Shown here: one piece after another, positions 63,921-64,000 of the stretch
How the letters are laid out: every line of letters starts with the position of its first letter
How positions within the stretch are numbered: the stretch's first letter is position 1
Assembly: GCA_965217775.1 (NCBI GenBank)
Contig: CBDCJH010000002.1
Span: 2,432,001 to 2,496,000 of the forward strand
Direction of reading: 5' to 3'
Length of the DNA: 64,000 nt
DNA from: Acidobacteriota bacterium
GTDB lineage: Bacteria > Acidobacteriota > UBA6911 > RPQK01 > JAJDTT01
The notes under the pieces: model-generated
Told to the model about the DNA's origin: nothing
What the model saw: the letters and a program-made list of their open reading frames with translations, nothing else
Database searches by the model: none
Position numbers and translations under genes: made by a program

Positions 63921-64000
63921 TCAGTCTTCGAACATCCGGCGGGCGATCTCGACGATCTGCTCCTTGCGGGGAATGGTCAGGTCCTCCAGCGACGGCGAGA
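63921..64000 (-). CDS. C-terminal end of a dehydrogenase E1 beta subunit (partial)
   Basis: SPSLEDLTIPRKEQIVEIARRMFED*, directly upstream of E2. Confidence 0.7.
   Translation of the reverse strand, partial: SPSLEDLTIPRKEQIVEIARRMFED

Overview
GC-rich bacterial window. The gene content (TonB-dependent receptor-like, CRTAC1/ASPIC, GWxTD, PQQ beta-propeller, TPR and FGE-sulfatase genes) suggests Acidobacteriota; that assignment is inference. It runs from a partial tyrS through transport and catabolic genes to 2-oxoacid dehydrogenase E2 and E1-beta genes. The most notable signals are non-coding and mobile. (1) A ~158-bp palindromic MITE occurs seven times with 4-bp target duplications; 158+4=162 bp keeps the reading frame, and two copies sit in frame inside genes (a TPR protein and a lipoprotein signal peptide). 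(2) Two integrase-free toxin-antitoxin islets are each bracketed by a duplicated 3' end of the neighbouring metabolic gene. (3) An IS110 inserted in a REP array has a readable bridge RNA with target and donor guides, plus a circle-junction promoter. (4) Two homologous 72-nt two-hairpin sRNA candidates, each with a promoter, lie 36 kb apart and show covarying stems. (5) An orphan vapB is followed by a LEA-like repeat / HNH-like / membrane-anchor protein. All calls were made by eye, without database searches.
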